From Gemmatimonadota bacterium (GTDB taxonomy: Bacteria; Gemmatimonadota; Gemmatimonadetes; Gemmatimonadales; GWC2-71-9): a DNA stretch of 64,000 nt. Shown in pieces: positions 7,656 to 17,967 of this stretch. Location of the stretch: assembly GCA_039587475.1 (NCBI GenBank), contig JBDHIK010000300.1, positions 7,045 through 71,044 on the forward strand. Direction: 5' to 3'. Each line of letters opens with the position of its first letter. Within the stretch, counting starts at the first letter, position 1. The position numbers were made by a program, and so were the translations under genes. Under the pieces are notes generated by a model that saw only the letters and a program-made list of their open reading frames with translations, was not told the origin of the DNA and did not search any database.

Positions 7656-7931
7656 GGATCCAAAGATACGAACCAGGGCGGATGGCGCGAGGCGCGAGGA
7701 TCGCGCGCCGCGAGGAGCCTCCAATCCGAATATTTGGGATATTGTCCAGGGTAGGTCGGAAAGGCTGGCGTTTGGAGGGCAACTCGCTATCTTGTCTGGC
7801 GTTGTACCAACGAGGTTCCGGCGCTTCTGACCGGAACGGGCCCAGCGTGGGGGCGACGATCCACGCAGCACGAGTAGTCGGTTGTACGGCAGCGCCGGAC
7901 CCGATTGCGACTCGTTACCAGGGAGTGCGGC

Positions 7932-8138
7932 ATGCGTACGACAGGAACAGTGAAGTGGTTCAACGACAGCAAGGGTTTTGGATTCATCACCCCTGACGAC
8001 GGCTCGAAGGACTGCTTCGTCCACCACACCGCCATTCAGTCTGAGGGCTTCCGTTCCCTCAATGAGGGCGACAAGGTCGAGTTCGACATCGTCGAAGGCC
8101 AGAAGGGCCCCGCGGCGGAGAACGTGGCCCCCGTGTAG
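7932..8138 (+). CDS. cspA: Cold-shock protein (CspA family)
   Basis: [65 protein letters not shown] contains the RNP1/RNP2 motifs KGFGFI and VFVHH-like. The start is the ATG at 7932, inside ORF 7905..8138. Confidence 0.95.
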   Translation: MRTTGTVKWFNDSKGFGFITPDDGSKDCFVHHTAIQSEGFRSLNEGDKVEFDIVEGQKGPAAENVAPV

Positions 8139-8159
8139 GTGGCCCCTCCCCAGGTTGGC

Positions 8160-8200
8160 ACGGGCCGTCGAGAGAGTCTCTCGGCGGCCCGTTGTCGTTG
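8160..8200 (+). terminator. Rho-independent terminator of cspA
   Basis: 15-bp stem (8160-8174 ACGGGCCGTCGAGAG pairs with 8178-8192 CTCTCGGCGGCCCGT, one G-U pair) with a 3-nt loop, followed by TGTCGTTG. It begins 22 nt after the stop codon. Confidence 0.6.
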
Positions 8201-8276
8201 ATCGAGCCCCAGTCGATGGGGTTTACCCCTCTCTGTCGCCACGCCATCTTCCCGGCATCTTCATCCCCATCTGCGA

Positions 8277-10133
8277 ATGACTCACAGCGATCCCTCTGTC
8301 GACCTGATCCCTCTGGAAACGCTGTTCGGGAATCCTGAACGGGCCATGCCGAGGCTCAGCCCCGATGGCCAGCGCCTGGCCATCCTGGCCCCGGTCGACG
8401 GTGTGCTCAATGTCTGGGTGGGGTCGACCGGCCAGGATGACTTCACGCCAGTCACCCGGGATCAGGAGCGTGGCATCCGGACGTACTTCTGGGGCTACGA
8501 CAATCGGTCGATTCTCTACCTGCAGGACATCGGCGGCAACGAAGACTGGCACCTGTTCCGGACCGACCTGGACACCGGCAACACCGTCGATTTGACGCCG
8601 TTCGACGGCATCCAGGCGCAGGTCGTCGACTACTCCAAGCATCATCCCACGACGATCCTCCTCGGTCTCAACCGGAGAGACCAGCGCCTGCACGACGTCT
8701 ATCGCCTCGAACTCCCCGACGGCGCACCAGAGATGGTCGCGGAAAATCCCGGCAATGTGACGGGGTGGCTGGCGGACAAGGAGGCCCGTGTTCGGGGCGC
8801 GCTGGCGGCGCGGGAGGATGGGGGATTCGATGTGTTGCTGCGGGACGGGTCCACGGAAGACTGGCGCGTCTTGCTGAGCTGGTCGGCGGAGGAGAACATC
8901 AACAGCCACCCCGTCGGATTCTCCGGCGACGGGGAACGCCTTCATCTGCTGGATGCACGCGGGGGCAACACCGCTCGGCTGGTGTCTCTCGACCTGGCAA
9001 CCGGGAGCGAGACGGTCCTGGCGGAGGACGACACCTATGATGTGTCGGCCATCGAGTGTCATCCGGATACCTTCGACGTCCAACTCGTGGGATTCGCGCG
9101 CGCCCGCCTGGAATGGCAAGCACTCGATCCGGCGCTGGCAGCCGACCTGGAAGTCATGTCCCGGATCGACGAGGGGGACTTCGCCGTCATCAGCCGCACC
9201 GACGCCGACGACCGCTGGCTCGTCGGCTACACGCGTGACACCGGGCCGGTCGCCTACTACGAACTCGACCGCCGGCAGCACCAGGCCCGGTTCCTGTTCC
9301 ATGACCGTTCCGAGCTTGCTGACTATGCCCTTGCTCCCATGGAGCCGATCGTCTTCACCGCCTCGGACGGCCTGACGATTCACGGCTATCTGACCCGTGC
9401 CGGAGGCGTGTCCGAAGGCCCGAGGCCGATGGTGCTGAATGTCCACGGTGGCCCGTGGGCCAGGGACATGTGGGGCTATGACCCCGAAGCGCAGTGGTTG
9501 GCCAACCGCGGCTACTCCTGTCTCCAGGTCAACTACCGGGGCTCCACTGGATACGGCAAGGACTTCATCAATGCCGGGAACCGGGAGTGGGGCGGCAAGA
9601 TGCACCAGGACCTCATTGACGCCGTGGGCTGGGCGGTCGATGCGGGTGTCGCCGACCCGGATGGGATTGCCATCTATGGGGGATCCTACGGGGGGTACGC
9701 GGCCCTCGTCGGGGCCACGTTCACGCCCGATCTCTTCAAGTGTGCCGTGGACATCGTTGGGCCCAGCAACCTTCTCACCTTCATCAACAGCATCCCCCCG
9801 TACTGGTCGACCTATCTCGAAGTCCTGCACCAGCGGGTCGGTGACCCCGAGCACGACGAGGAGTTCCTGCGGTCCCGGTCCCCACTCACGCATGTCGACC
9901 AGATCAGGATTCCCATGCTCATCGCGCAGGGCGCCAACGACCCCCGGGTCAAGCAGGCGGAATCGGAACAGATCGTCGCAGCCATGGCGGCCAAGGGTAT
10001 CGACCACGAGTATCTTCTCTTCGAGGATGAAGGGCATGGCTTTGCCAAACCGGAGAACAGACTCCGCTTCTATCGTGCCGCCGAAGCATTCCTGGCACGA
10101 CACTTGGGGGGACGGGATGAATCGACGACTTGA
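8277..10133 (+). CDS. S9-family serine peptidase (prolyl oligopeptidase / dipeptidyl aminopeptidase-like)
   Basis: 618 aa with an N-terminal beta-propeller-like region. The catalytic-triad contexts are YGGSYGGYAAL (Ser), AQGANDPRV (Asp) and FEDEGHGF (His). Confidence 0.9.
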   Translation: MTHSDPSVDLIPLETLFGNPERAMPRLSPDGQRLAILAPVDGVLNVWVGSTGQDDFTPVTRDQERGIRTYFWGYDNRSILYLQDIGGNEDWHLFRTDLDTGNTVDLTPFDGIQAQVVDYSKHHPTTILLGLNRRDQRLHDVYRLELPDGAPEMVAENPGNVTGWLADKEARVRGALAAREDGGFDVLLRDGSTEDWRVLLSWSAEENINSHPVGFSGDGERLHLLDARGGNTARLVSLDLATGSETVLAEDDTYDVSAIECHPDTFDVQLVGFARARLEWQALDPALAADLEVMSRIDEGDFAVISRTDADDRWLVGYTRDTGPVAYYELDRRQHQARFLFHDRSELADYALAPMEPIVFTASDGLTIHGYLTRAGGVSEGPRPMVLNVHGGPWARDMWGYDPEAQWLANRGYSCLQVNYRGSTGYGKDFINAGNREWGGKMHQDLIDAVGWAVDAGVADPDGIAIYGGSYGGYAALVGATFTPDLFKCAVDIVGPSNLLTFINSIPPYWSTYLEVLHQRVGDPEHDEEFLRSRSPLTHVDQIRIPMLIAQGANDPRVKQAESEQIVAAMAAKGIDHEYLLFEDEGHGFAKPENRLRFYRAAEAFLARHLGGRDESTT

Positions 10134-10197
10134 AGGAGCTTGCGAGTCTCCATTGGAGGGTGTCTTGATACATTCGAGAACGGCGCCTGCCGGCGTG

Positions 10198-11463
10198 ATG
10201 CGACGCCTTGCTTCGGTTGCCCTCCTGGCGATGGTCCTGGTGCCGGGGAACGCCGTCGGTCAGGCGGCTTGTTGTCTCGAGGCGGGACTTGCCATCGCAC
10301 AGCAGTACCGCATACCGGGGTTGGATGACCGCCGGTTCACCCACGAGCAATATTGGGCGGCGGTGTTGCCGGTAACCGGATCCGACCGGATACGCGTGAC
10401 CCAGGTTGGGCGGTCCATCGAAGGCCGGGCCATCAATGCGGTCACCTTCGGGGTCGGGCCGATCTCCGTGCTGCTCTGGTCCCAGATGCACGGCAACGAA
10501 TCGACGGCGTCCATGTCGCTGGCCGATCTGATCTCCTACATGGCGGGTGCCCCTGAGGATGATCAGATCGTGTCGGCGCTCGAAGCCGCGCTCACCGTCA
10601 CCATGATCCCGATGCTCAACCCCGACGGCGCCGAGCGATTCATCCGCGAGAACGCGGTCGGTATCGATGTGAATCGCGATGCCCGCCGGACGGCGACACC
10701 GGAGGGTCGGTTATTGAAGCGGGTGCGCGACAGCCTCGACGCCCAGTTCGGCTTCAATCTCCACGACCAGGGCTCACGGACCGCCGGCGATGATGGCCTG
10801 CTCGTAGCGATCGCGCTGCTGGCTCCCGCGGCAGACGAAGAGCGCTCCTGGGGGCCGGTGCGCCTGCGGGCCCGGAAGGTCGCCTCGGTGATTTCCGCGG
10901 CGCTCGAGCCGGAGATCCCAGGCCGGATGGCCCGCTACAACGACGCCTACGCTCCACGCGCTTTCGGCGACCGCATGCAGCAGTGGGGCACCAGCACGGT
11001 CCTGATTGAGAGCGGCGCCCTGCCGGATGACCCGCAGAAGCAGCGTCTCAGGGCCATCAATGTTGCGGCGCTCCTGTCGGCGCTCCATGCCATTGCTGAC
11101 GGATCCTATGAGGACGTGGACGACATCGCCTACGAACGGCTCCCCTCGAATCGCGGCGTCGGCAATGACCTGCTGGTGCTCGGAGGGAACGTGGTGATCG
11201 GGGATGGCGACCCCATCCGGGCCGACATTGCCATCATCTTCGAAGACGCCGTGGCCAGGACCGGGCCACGCTACGGAGAGGTCGGCGATCTCGCGGAGGC
11301 CATCGCGATGGACACCGTGGACGCCACCGGGCTCTACGTTCACCCGGTCCTGTCAGAGGGTCTGCTGCGGCGTGGCGAGGCCGCGGTCCTCACGCTGCGC
11401 CGTGAAGCGAGTCCGGAGAGCGAGGAAGTCTGGTCGCTCGGAGTCCCACGAGATCGGGAGTAG
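10198..11463 (+). CDS. M14-family zinc carboxypeptidase, secreted
   Basis: This is the C-terminal part of ORF 9439..11463. I take the ATG at 10198 as start (MRRLASVALLAMVLVPGNAVG, a signal peptide). Motifs are the M14 HxxE zinc ligand in WSQMHGNEST, plus MIPMLNPDG and IDVNRD. Confidence 0.8.
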   Translation: MRRLASVALLAMVLVPGNAVGQAACCLEAGLAIAQQYRIPGLDDRRFTHEQYWAAVLPVTGSDRIRVTQVGRSIEGRAINAVTFGVGPISVLLWSQMHGNESTASMSLADLISYMAGAPEDDQIVSALEAALTVTMIPMLNPDGAERFIRENAVGIDVNRDARRTATPEGRLLKRVRDSLDAQFGFNLHDQGSRTAGDDGLLVAIALLAPAADEERSWGPVRLRARKVASVISAALEPEIPGRMARYNDAYAPRAFGDRMQQWGTSTVLIESGALPDDPQKQRLRAINVAALLSALHAIADGSYEDVDDIAYERLPSNRGVGNDLLVLGGNVVIGDGDPIRADIAIIFEDAVARTGPRYGEVGDLAEAIAMDTVDATGLYVHPVLSEGLLRRGEAAVLTLRREASPESEEVWSLGVPRDRE

Positions 11464-11538
11464 CCTGGCGCTGCTCCCGAAGGCCCAAGGGGCGCCTCGC
11501 TTCGGAACCTCGGGTCGTGCCGGTCATTGCTCGGGTGG

Positions 11539-14500
11539 CTAGGGGTCTCGATCCCCCGCCAGAGCCTTGTAGTAGTTCTCGACCATTTCCTCGTAGCCAT
11601 CCGGCACTTCGTCGGTCCCCACCTGCAGGAGACGTTCTTCGTCACTGGGAAGGATGCTCTTCCGCAATCCGAACTCGAATTCCTTCAGGCCCTGGACGAT
11701 GTCCCGTTCCAGCACGGCGATGCTCTCCGGGCCCGCCAGCGACTCGCCCGAACCGAGGCCCCGGAGACGGCCGATGATACGATCGAGCTCCGAGGGGTCG
11801 ACGCCCTCTTCCCGCAACTGATCGCGGAGCTCCTCGAGTTGCTGTCGGCGCTCGGCCAGTTCCCGGCCGAACTGCCGAAGATCCTGGGGACGCAAGCGGC
11901 CGCTTCCTCCACCCTGTGCCCGATTGGTATTGGTCGCTGTTGAATCACCGGCCGCCCCGTTCGGTGCGCCTCCGGGCTGTTGCCCATCCTGCGGTGCGCC
12001 CTGCTGCTGACCAGCCTGGCTGCCCTCCCGCAACCGATCCTCGAGAGACTCGAGTGCCGTCACGACCTCCCTGGTCTCTTCGAGGGCCTGCTCCAGGCGT
12101 TGTTCGCGGCTTTCACCGGTGGCGTCCAAGGCCGATTGCACCTGCTCCTCCAGCCGTTCCAGCGTGCCCGCGATGTGGTTTTCGAAGTTCCGGGCATACT
12201 CCTTCGACCGTTGCTGTACGACGCCGCGGGAATACAGGATCTTCTCGCGTATCTGATCGTCGCGGATGGTGCCGGCCGCCCCCTGGAGCCGACGGGCGGC
12301 ATCGGGCTGATCCCGCATCGACTCCCGTGCCATCTGGTCGAGGTCCGCTTCCAGGTTGCCGACTTCCGATCCCATCCGCTCCTTGGCCTGTTGCACCTCG
12401 CGCAAGTCACGGGCGTAGTCCTGATCTGTCGGATCCAATCGGTCGACCCGATCGACCATTCGCTCCTGCTGCTCGCGGAGGCGTTGGGTGCGCTGCAGCG
12501 CTTCCTGGGCGTCTCGTTCCAGTCGGCGTGACTTGTCCCGGTCGAGTTGGCGGCGAGCTTCGCGCAGCTGGTCGAGCGCCGTGTTCCCGATCGCCTCCCC
12601 GTCACGTTCTCCGGCCGCAGCCGCGCGGCGCATCTCTTCCGCCGCTTCTCGCAGTTGCCGGGCCGTCTCGGCCAAGTCGGGGAGCGACTCCTCGCGGGCC
12701 AGGCGCTCCAGACTCCGTGCGACTTCCTCCGCTTCCTCTGCAAGCTGACGCTGTGACTGGCCAGATCCGCCCGTGCGCTGACCCTGTTGCTGGGCCCGGG
12801 CGCGCATCCGTTCGTTTTCCTGTTGCTGGCGGCGGGCCAGCTCCCGGAGTTTTTCCAGGGTCTCGTCGATCCTATTGTCCACTTCCTGCTGGGCCCCGCG
12901 CTGCACCTGCTCGTACTGATTGCTCAAGCGGTCCAACTCGAGTTCGAACAGGTCGGCGAGTTCCTCGTTGATCTCGCCATCGCCACCCTGACCGCCGCCT
13001 TGCTGGCCTTGGGCTACCTGCACATCGCGGAAGACGGCTTCGGCCCGCTGCAGGAACTGCAGGGCCTTCTGCTCCGGTGCCAGCGCCGAGTCGGGTTCGA
13101 GTTCCCCCAACGCTTCCTCAGCCAGGGCCATCTGCTCCGCGGCCAGGGGCAGGAGCTCGGCGATGGCGGCGAGAGACGAATCCGTCGTCACGCCACGGTT
13201 CACCATTCGCTCGGCCAGGAGGCCCACTTCCTCACGGAGGCGGCCCTGTGACAACGCGACCGTGGACAGATTCTCCTCGAAAGCTTGGCCGGAGTACTGA
13301 TCCCGGTCCCGCACCAACTTGAACGTCGCCGAGATGATCATGCGTTGCTGGCTGGACAACTCGGCGCCACTCATCCCGCCCTGTCCCGGCTGTCCCCCTT
13401 GTTCGACTTGTCGGAAATTGCGGTCGAACGGCCGCACCTCCAGGAAGTACATGTCGGTGATGGTGGGGGCTCGTCCCTGACCCGCGCCATCGGCAGCCCG
13501 CGCGAAATAGGAGACGAGATCTCCAGGAATCAGCCCGTATTCCTCCAGGAACAGGGTATGCGTTCCCAGGTAGTCCGTCCGTCCCGGCCGGCCGGTATAC
13601 AGGGTGTCGACCGTTTCCGGTCCACCGTTGACCGAGTACACGAACTCCAGGCGCCGGACCCCGTAGTCGTCCTGGGCCCGGACTTCTGCCACGACCTCCT
13701 CGATGCTGGTGACCTGGATGTCCCGCCCCGGCCGTGTCATCGTCAGCGTGGGCGGCTGGTCATCCAAGGGGTCGATCAGGTAATCGGCCGAGGCCACGAC
13801 CCTCCGCCCCTGCGGTCCGTCCAGGAGGATGCGATAGCTTCCCGGAATGGTGACGGTGATGGACCCTGCCAGGCCACCGTCCGGCGTGGGGTCCAGCGGG
13901 ATGGTGTCGCCGGGAGATTGCTCGATGGCGCCGCCGGGAACGGGGATCGTCGGCTGGACAGCGATCTCAACACGGGTGCCGACCAGCGCGGCGACGTCAC
14001 CGGACCCACTCTGCGTGACCGGAGCAAGCCCGGTGTATCGCGGGAAGTGATACGTGAGGTCGATGGTTTCCACGTACGGCAGTTCGACCACCTCGACGCG
14101 ATAGACCGGGGACCGCACCCCTCCTGCCTCGACGTAGTACTCCATCGCCTCGTGAAGATCGAACACCATGAGGCTGTGGGCGGTGGTGGTATCCTCCCGC
14201 AGCATCGACCACCGGGTCCACTCCCCTTCGCTGGTTCCCAACACGAGGACGACGTCGGCGGCATCGAAGTTCTCGAGGTGGGCGTTCACCTTGAGATCGG
14301 CACCGACTGCGAGCACGGTGTCGCCGGGCAGCACGCCGATACGATAGGGGTTGTAGCTTGCCGTCTCCGACCACGGGGACACCAGAACCGGAGTCGTCCG
14401 GTGCAGAAATCCCGGTCCCAGCAGGAAGAGCCCGATTCCGAAGACGGTGGATCCGGCGACCAGGCCTGACGAGCGGCGTAACCCCTCGCGTTCGACCCGT

Positions 14501-14946
14501 CGGCCGTCATCGACCTGGTGGCACTCCTCCACCGCTGCATGGACGATGCGCTGAACCAGGATATCCGACGTTCCGGGAGCAACGGCGCGCTGAAATTCGA
14601 CCGCGCTCACCACCCGGCCGGCGAGTGTGGGTTCGTGTTCCTCCAGGTACAGGGCAACCCGTTCGTCGGATACCCGCCGGAACAGCGGGACCATCACGAC
14701 GCGCACCGTGACGGCCGTGAAGGCGAGCCAGGCCAGCACCCGGATGACCGTGACGGCCGTGGCGTCGAACCGGAAGCCGTCAATGGCGAAGCCGGCAGCG
14801 AGGAGGATGCCTGCCGCCGCCAGCATGAGAATCGCCGCACCTCGCAGGACGATCCTGAGACGCCACCGGTTCCGAACGGACCGGACGACGTGAATCAGCT
14901 CATCTCGATCGTTCAGATGCCTGGAGAACAAGGACCCCATGACCAT
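11539..14946 (-). CDS. DUF4175-like membrane protein with very long Glu/Arg/Gln-rich coiled-coil C-terminal half
   Basis: 1135 aa. The N-terminus has TM helices (LRIVLRGAAILMLAAAGILLAAGFAI and others). The C-terminal ~500 aa is a low-complexity coiled coil (RELARRQQQENERMRARAQQQGQ...). It is the last gene of the MoxR/DUF58/BatA-type operon. SD GGGAG lies 5 nt upstream. Confidence 0.75.
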   Translation of the reverse strand: MVMGSLFSRHLNDRDELIHVVRSVRNRWRLRIVLRGAAILMLAAAGILLAAGFAIDGFRFDATAVTVIRVLAWLAFTAVTVRVVMVPLFRRVSDERVALYLEEHEPTLAGRVVSAVEFQRAVAPGTSDILVQRIVHAAVEECHQVDDGRRVEREGLRRSSGLVAGSTVFGIGLFLLGPGFLHRTTPVLVSPWSETASYNPYRIGVLPGDTVLAVGADLKVNAHLENFDAADVVLVLGTSEGEWTRWSMLREDTTTAHSLMVFDLHEAMEYYVEAGGVRSPVYRVEVVELPYVETIDLTYHFPRYTGLAPVTQSGSGDVAALVGTRVEIAVQPTIPVPGGAIEQSPGDTIPLDPTPDGGLAGSITVTIPGSYRILLDGPQGRRVVASADYLIDPLDDQPPTLTMTRPGRDIQVTSIEEVVAEVRAQDDYGVRRLEFVYSVNGGPETVDTLYTGRPGRTDYLGTHTLFLEEYGLIPGDLVSYFARAADGAGQGRAPTITDMYFLEVRPFDRNFRQVEQGGQPGQGGMSGAELSSQQRMIISATFKLVRDRDQYSGQAFEENLSTVALSQGRLREEVGLLAERMVNRGVTTDSSLAAIAELLPLAAEQMALAEEALGELEPDSALAPEQKALQFLQRAEAVFRDVQVAQGQQGGGQGGDGEINEELADLFELELDRLSNQYEQVQRGAQQEVDNRIDETLEKLRELARRQQQENERMRARAQQQGQRTGGSGQSQRQLAEEAEEVARSLERLAREESLPDLAETARQLREAAEEMRRAAAAGERDGEAIGNTALDQLREARRQLDRDKSRRLERDAQEALQRTQRLREQQERMVDRVDRLDPTDQDYARDLREVQQAKERMGSEVGNLEADLDQMARESMRDQPDAARRLQGAAGTIRDDQIREKILYSRGVVQQRSKEYARNFENHIAGTLERLEEQVQSALDATGESREQRLEQALEETREVVTALESLEDRLREGSQAGQQQGAPQDGQQPGGAPNGAAGDSTATNTNRAQGGGSGRLRPQDLRQFGRELAERRQQLEELRDQLREEGVDPSELDRIIGRLRGLGSGESLAGPESIAVLERDIVQGLKEFEFGLRKSILPSDEERLLQVGTDEVPDGYEEMVENYYKALAGDRDP

Positions 14947-14955
14947 ACGTACTCC

Positions 14956-17073
14956 CTATTCGATACCGGCCCGCCGCCATGTGGCGGGAGCTGGATGTTC
15001 CTGGCCTGGACGGTTGGACCACAGGGACTCCACGGTCAGCAACCCAATTGCGCCGAGCAGGAGATACCACCATAGACCCTGACGACGCTCGCGCTCGGCG
15101 GGTGTCAACGTGGCCGTCTGGCCCGCCGAGGCCAGCGCCCCGGTGTCCGGCAACGTGGTCGCGGCCACGAATGCCGCCACGTCGAGACCCCGCAGGTCCG
15201 ATTCCCGCCGGTCCACATTGACCGCCACCGGATAGGATGCTCGCTCTCTTCCGAGAGGGTAGACCTCGTAGAAACCGGCCTCCGTCAGAGCAATGATTGG
15301 GGACGCCCCGGTGACATCGACCGGCCGGCGTTCCCGGCCCGGCGCTTCCACGATGACCTCCTGCCGCAAGGTATCGATATCGATATCCATGTCGGCCAGG
15401 ACATCCTCGAGGTCAACAGCCTGTCCCGCCAGACGCCACCCGTCCGTGGTCCGCTCCCCGCCGAGGAACTGGGTGACCCGGTGGACGAACGGAAGGAAGA
15501 CCGGTTGGACCGGCAGATCGCTCCAGCTGTTGTCGAACGGCGAGCCCCACAGGAGCACCCGACCTCTATGGTAACGGCGGGCCACCAGGGCAGGGGCCCC
15601 GTCGGTGTATCGCGCTACGGTCTCCGAGCTGTCCGCCACGTCCACGGCCCGGTAGCGAAAGAAACGAGGTCCGGCCACGTTGCCGTCGTCCGCTCCCCGG
15701 AATATCTCGAAGGCGGGGTGCCGATAGTCCACGTTGGCCAGGCGAACGCCCTGCCGATCCACGCGGTCCACGACCCCCCGCCAGGTACCCGGCAGCAGCT
15801 CTCTCGCGGCTTCCGGCCAACTGCTCAAGGGGCTCCCCGCACCAAGCACGACCCACAATCCGGCCCCCTCCCCGACGTGGTTCACCAGGGCCGTTCCTGC
15901 GGCGCCTGGCGGAAATGGACTGTCGTGGAGGAGCACCACCTCGGCCGCGAGGATATCCACCGGCCTGACCCGATCGACCCGTCGCCGGTCAACCGCGAAG
16001 GCGGGATCCTCCGCCAGCCGCAGGGCTTCACGCAGGTACAGGGAAGCATTCCCTCTGGCGTTTCGGCCCTCGATGATCAGGACGGAGACGGCCGGACGGC
16101 TCGTCACCGCCACGTGGAATGCGTTGTCCGGCGCCAGGAGGTCGTCGCCCAGCCGGACCGTTGCCCGGGACATGGTGGCGGGTTGCGCCACCGGTCCCAG
16201 TCTGACCGTCTGGCTCTCCGATGGAGGAAGGGACACGTTCGTCCGGAACGCTTCCTGCCCGTTCACCTCCAGGATCACCGGAAGTTCCGCCACCGGTTCC
16301 GACCCCTGGTTCACCACTCGGGCCGCCACCGTCATGGCCTGGCGGCCTTCCTGCTCGGTGCGGGTAATGTCAACCGAGGTCACCAGCCGGTTTGACGGCC
16401 GGTCGGCCGAGACATCAACCGGGCGAAGCGTGGCTCCCGGATGGAGCGCCGTCGGCGTGGTGCGGTCCCAGGCAGCCGCTTGAAAATCCGAAATGACCAC
16501 CACTTCGCGCTGGCCAAGGGGTGATTCGGCGAGGACCTGGTTGGCGCGTTGGATGGCGGCGGGCAGGCGGGTGGCTCTGGCGCCCGGCCCCAGGGTGTCC
16601 AGGGCCCGGACCAGGGCGGAGCCGTCGCTCGTGGGGTCGACGATCAGGGTCGCCTGCTCGTCAAAGGTGATGAGCGACATGCGGGAGGCCGGGCCTTCTC
16701 CGGCCACCGTGGCGCGCACCGCGTCGAGCGCCCTCTCCCAGGTCTGCCCGTACCCCATGCTATAGGAGCGGTCGAGAACCACGATCAGTTCACGGCCGGG
16801 CGCCTCAGTCCCCGGTCCTGCCAGCATGCCGTCGACCAGCGGTCGGCTGAAGGCTGCCACAAGGAGAACGATAGCCAGAGCCCTGAGCGCAAAGAGCATC
16901 CAGTGCTGGATGCGCTGGCGGCGCATCTGTCGGTACGGCAGCCTGGTGAGAAACCTGAGCGACGGAAAGCGGACGACGTCCTTCCGGTCCTTGTTGGTCA
17001 GGTGGACCAGAACCGGGACGCCCAGGGCCACCAGGCCGGCCAGGAAGAGCGGCGCCAACAGAGACAGGTTCAT
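14956..17073 (-). CDS. BatA-N-terminal-domain / VWA-domain membrane protein
   Basis: The N-terminus MNLSLLAPLFLAGLVALGVPVLVHL...FPSLRFL is the aerotolerance-regulator N-terminal double-TM motif. A VWA MIDAS-like LIVVLDRSYSMGYG follows, and there is a C-terminal TM (WWYLLLGAIGLLTV). Its start abuts the DUF58 stop (TAGATG). Confidence 0.85.
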   Translation of the reverse strand: MNLSLLAPLFLAGLVALGVPVLVHLTNKDRKDVVRFPSLRFLTRLPYRQMRRQRIQHWMLFALRALAIVLLVAAFSRPLVDGMLAGPGTEAPGRELIVVLDRSYSMGYGQTWERALDAVRATVAGEGPASRMSLITFDEQATLIVDPTSDGSALVRALDTLGPGARATRLPAAIQRANQVLAESPLGQREVVVISDFQAAAWDRTTPTALHPGATLRPVDVSADRPSNRLVTSVDITRTEQEGRQAMTVAARVVNQGSEPVAELPVILEVNGQEAFRTNVSLPPSESQTVRLGPVAQPATMSRATVRLGDDLLAPDNAFHVAVTSRPAVSVLIIEGRNARGNASLYLREALRLAEDPAFAVDRRRVDRVRPVDILAAEVVLLHDSPFPPGAAGTALVNHVGEGAGLWVVLGAGSPLSSWPEAARELLPGTWRGVVDRVDRQGVRLANVDYRHPAFEIFRGADDGNVAGPRFFRYRAVDVADSSETVARYTDGAPALVARRYHRGRVLLWGSPFDNSWSDLPVQPVFLPFVHRVTQFLGGERTTDGWRLAGQAVDLEDVLADMDIDIDTLRQEVIVEAPGRERRPVDVTGASPIIALTEAGFYEVYPLGRERASYPVAVNVDRRESDLRGLDVAAFVAATTLPDTGALASAGQTATLTPAERERRQGLWWYLLLGAIGLLTVESLWSNRPGQEHPAPATWRRAGIE

Positions 17074-17967
17074 CTAGCGGACTCGCTGCAGACGCTGGCG
17101 CCGCGATAGATAATCGAACAGGGCGTGGTCGAGAGGCCGACTGGTGTTCACTTGGCAGTAATCCACACCGATCTCGCCCATGACCTGGGTGATCTGGCCG
17201 ATGTGGTTCTCGATCAGCCCCTTGTACCCCGCACGGATGCGGTCCGGAATGACGGGGATGCGGTCGCCGCTTTCCAGGTCTTCGAACTGTCGAGGTTCAT
17301 CGAAGGAGAAGTCCAACTCCGCCGGGTCCAGCAGGTGAAAGGCGATTACGTCGTTGCCCTTGAGGGACAACCGATTGACGGCACGCCGCACCGCCTCCGG
17401 GTCTTCATAGAAATCCGAGATGAGAACCACGATACTCCGACGCCTGATGGCTTGCGCGATCCTGCGGAGTGGGCGATCGAGGTTGCCGGACCCGCCAGGC
17501 CTGAGCTGATCGATGGTGTGGAGCACGGTGTCCAGTTGCCGTCCGGTCGCTGGGACCTGAGCCACGATCTCCTGATCGAAGCCGATGACGCCCACCCGAT
17601 CGCGCTGTTGGTAGGAGAAGTAGGCCAGGCACGCTGCCAGGTACCGGGCGTAGTCCAGCTTGGTGATGACGTCCGATCCGAAGTCCATCGAAGCCGACAC
17701 GTCGATGAGCAACAGGACGTTGGCATTGGTTTCCGCCTCGAATTCCTTCACGTACAAACGATCGGTCCGGCCGTAGACGCGCCAGTCGATCCGGCGGATG
17801 TCGTCTCCAACCATGTAGGGCCGGTGTTCGGCGAAGTCCGTCGAGACGCCGAGGTGTGGCGACTGATGCAGCCCGTGGACGAACCCGGTGACCAGAGCCT
17901 TCGCCACGAGCGACAGGTTGTCGATGCGCGCCAGCACTCTTGGATCGACGAAGCGGGTCAGGGTCAC
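17074..17967 (-). CDS. DUF58-domain protein (VWA-like, MoxR partner)
   Basis: HRPYMVGDDIRRIDWRVYGRTDRLYVKEFEAETNANVLLLIDVSASM is the classic DUF58 signature. The GTG start overlaps the MoxR stop (GTGA). Confidence 0.9.
   Translation of the reverse strand: MTLTRFVDPRVLARIDNLSLVAKALVTGFVHGLHQSPHLGVSTDFAEHRPYMVGDDIRRIDWRVYGRTDRLYVKEFEAETNANVLLLIDVSASMDFGSDVITKLDYARYLAACLAYFSYQQRDRVGVIGFDQEIVAQVPATGRQLDTVLHTIDQLRPGGSGNLDRPLRRIAQAIRRRSIVVLISDFYEDPEAVRRAVNRLSLKGNDVIAFHLLDPAELDFSFDEPRQFEDLESGDRIPVIPDRIRAGYKGLIENHIGQITQVMGEIGVDYCQVNTSRPLDHALFDYLSRRQRLQRVR

Noticed and set aside
8223-10103. 626-aa minus-strand ORF
   Set aside because: It is antisense to the S9 peptidase, which has an intact Ser-Asp-His triad. 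It is a shadow ORF.
9439-10197. 5' extension of ORF 9439..11463
   Set aside because: It lies out of frame over the S9 peptidase gene. The translation is S/P/T/R-rich. The M14 domain and its signal peptide begin only at 10198.
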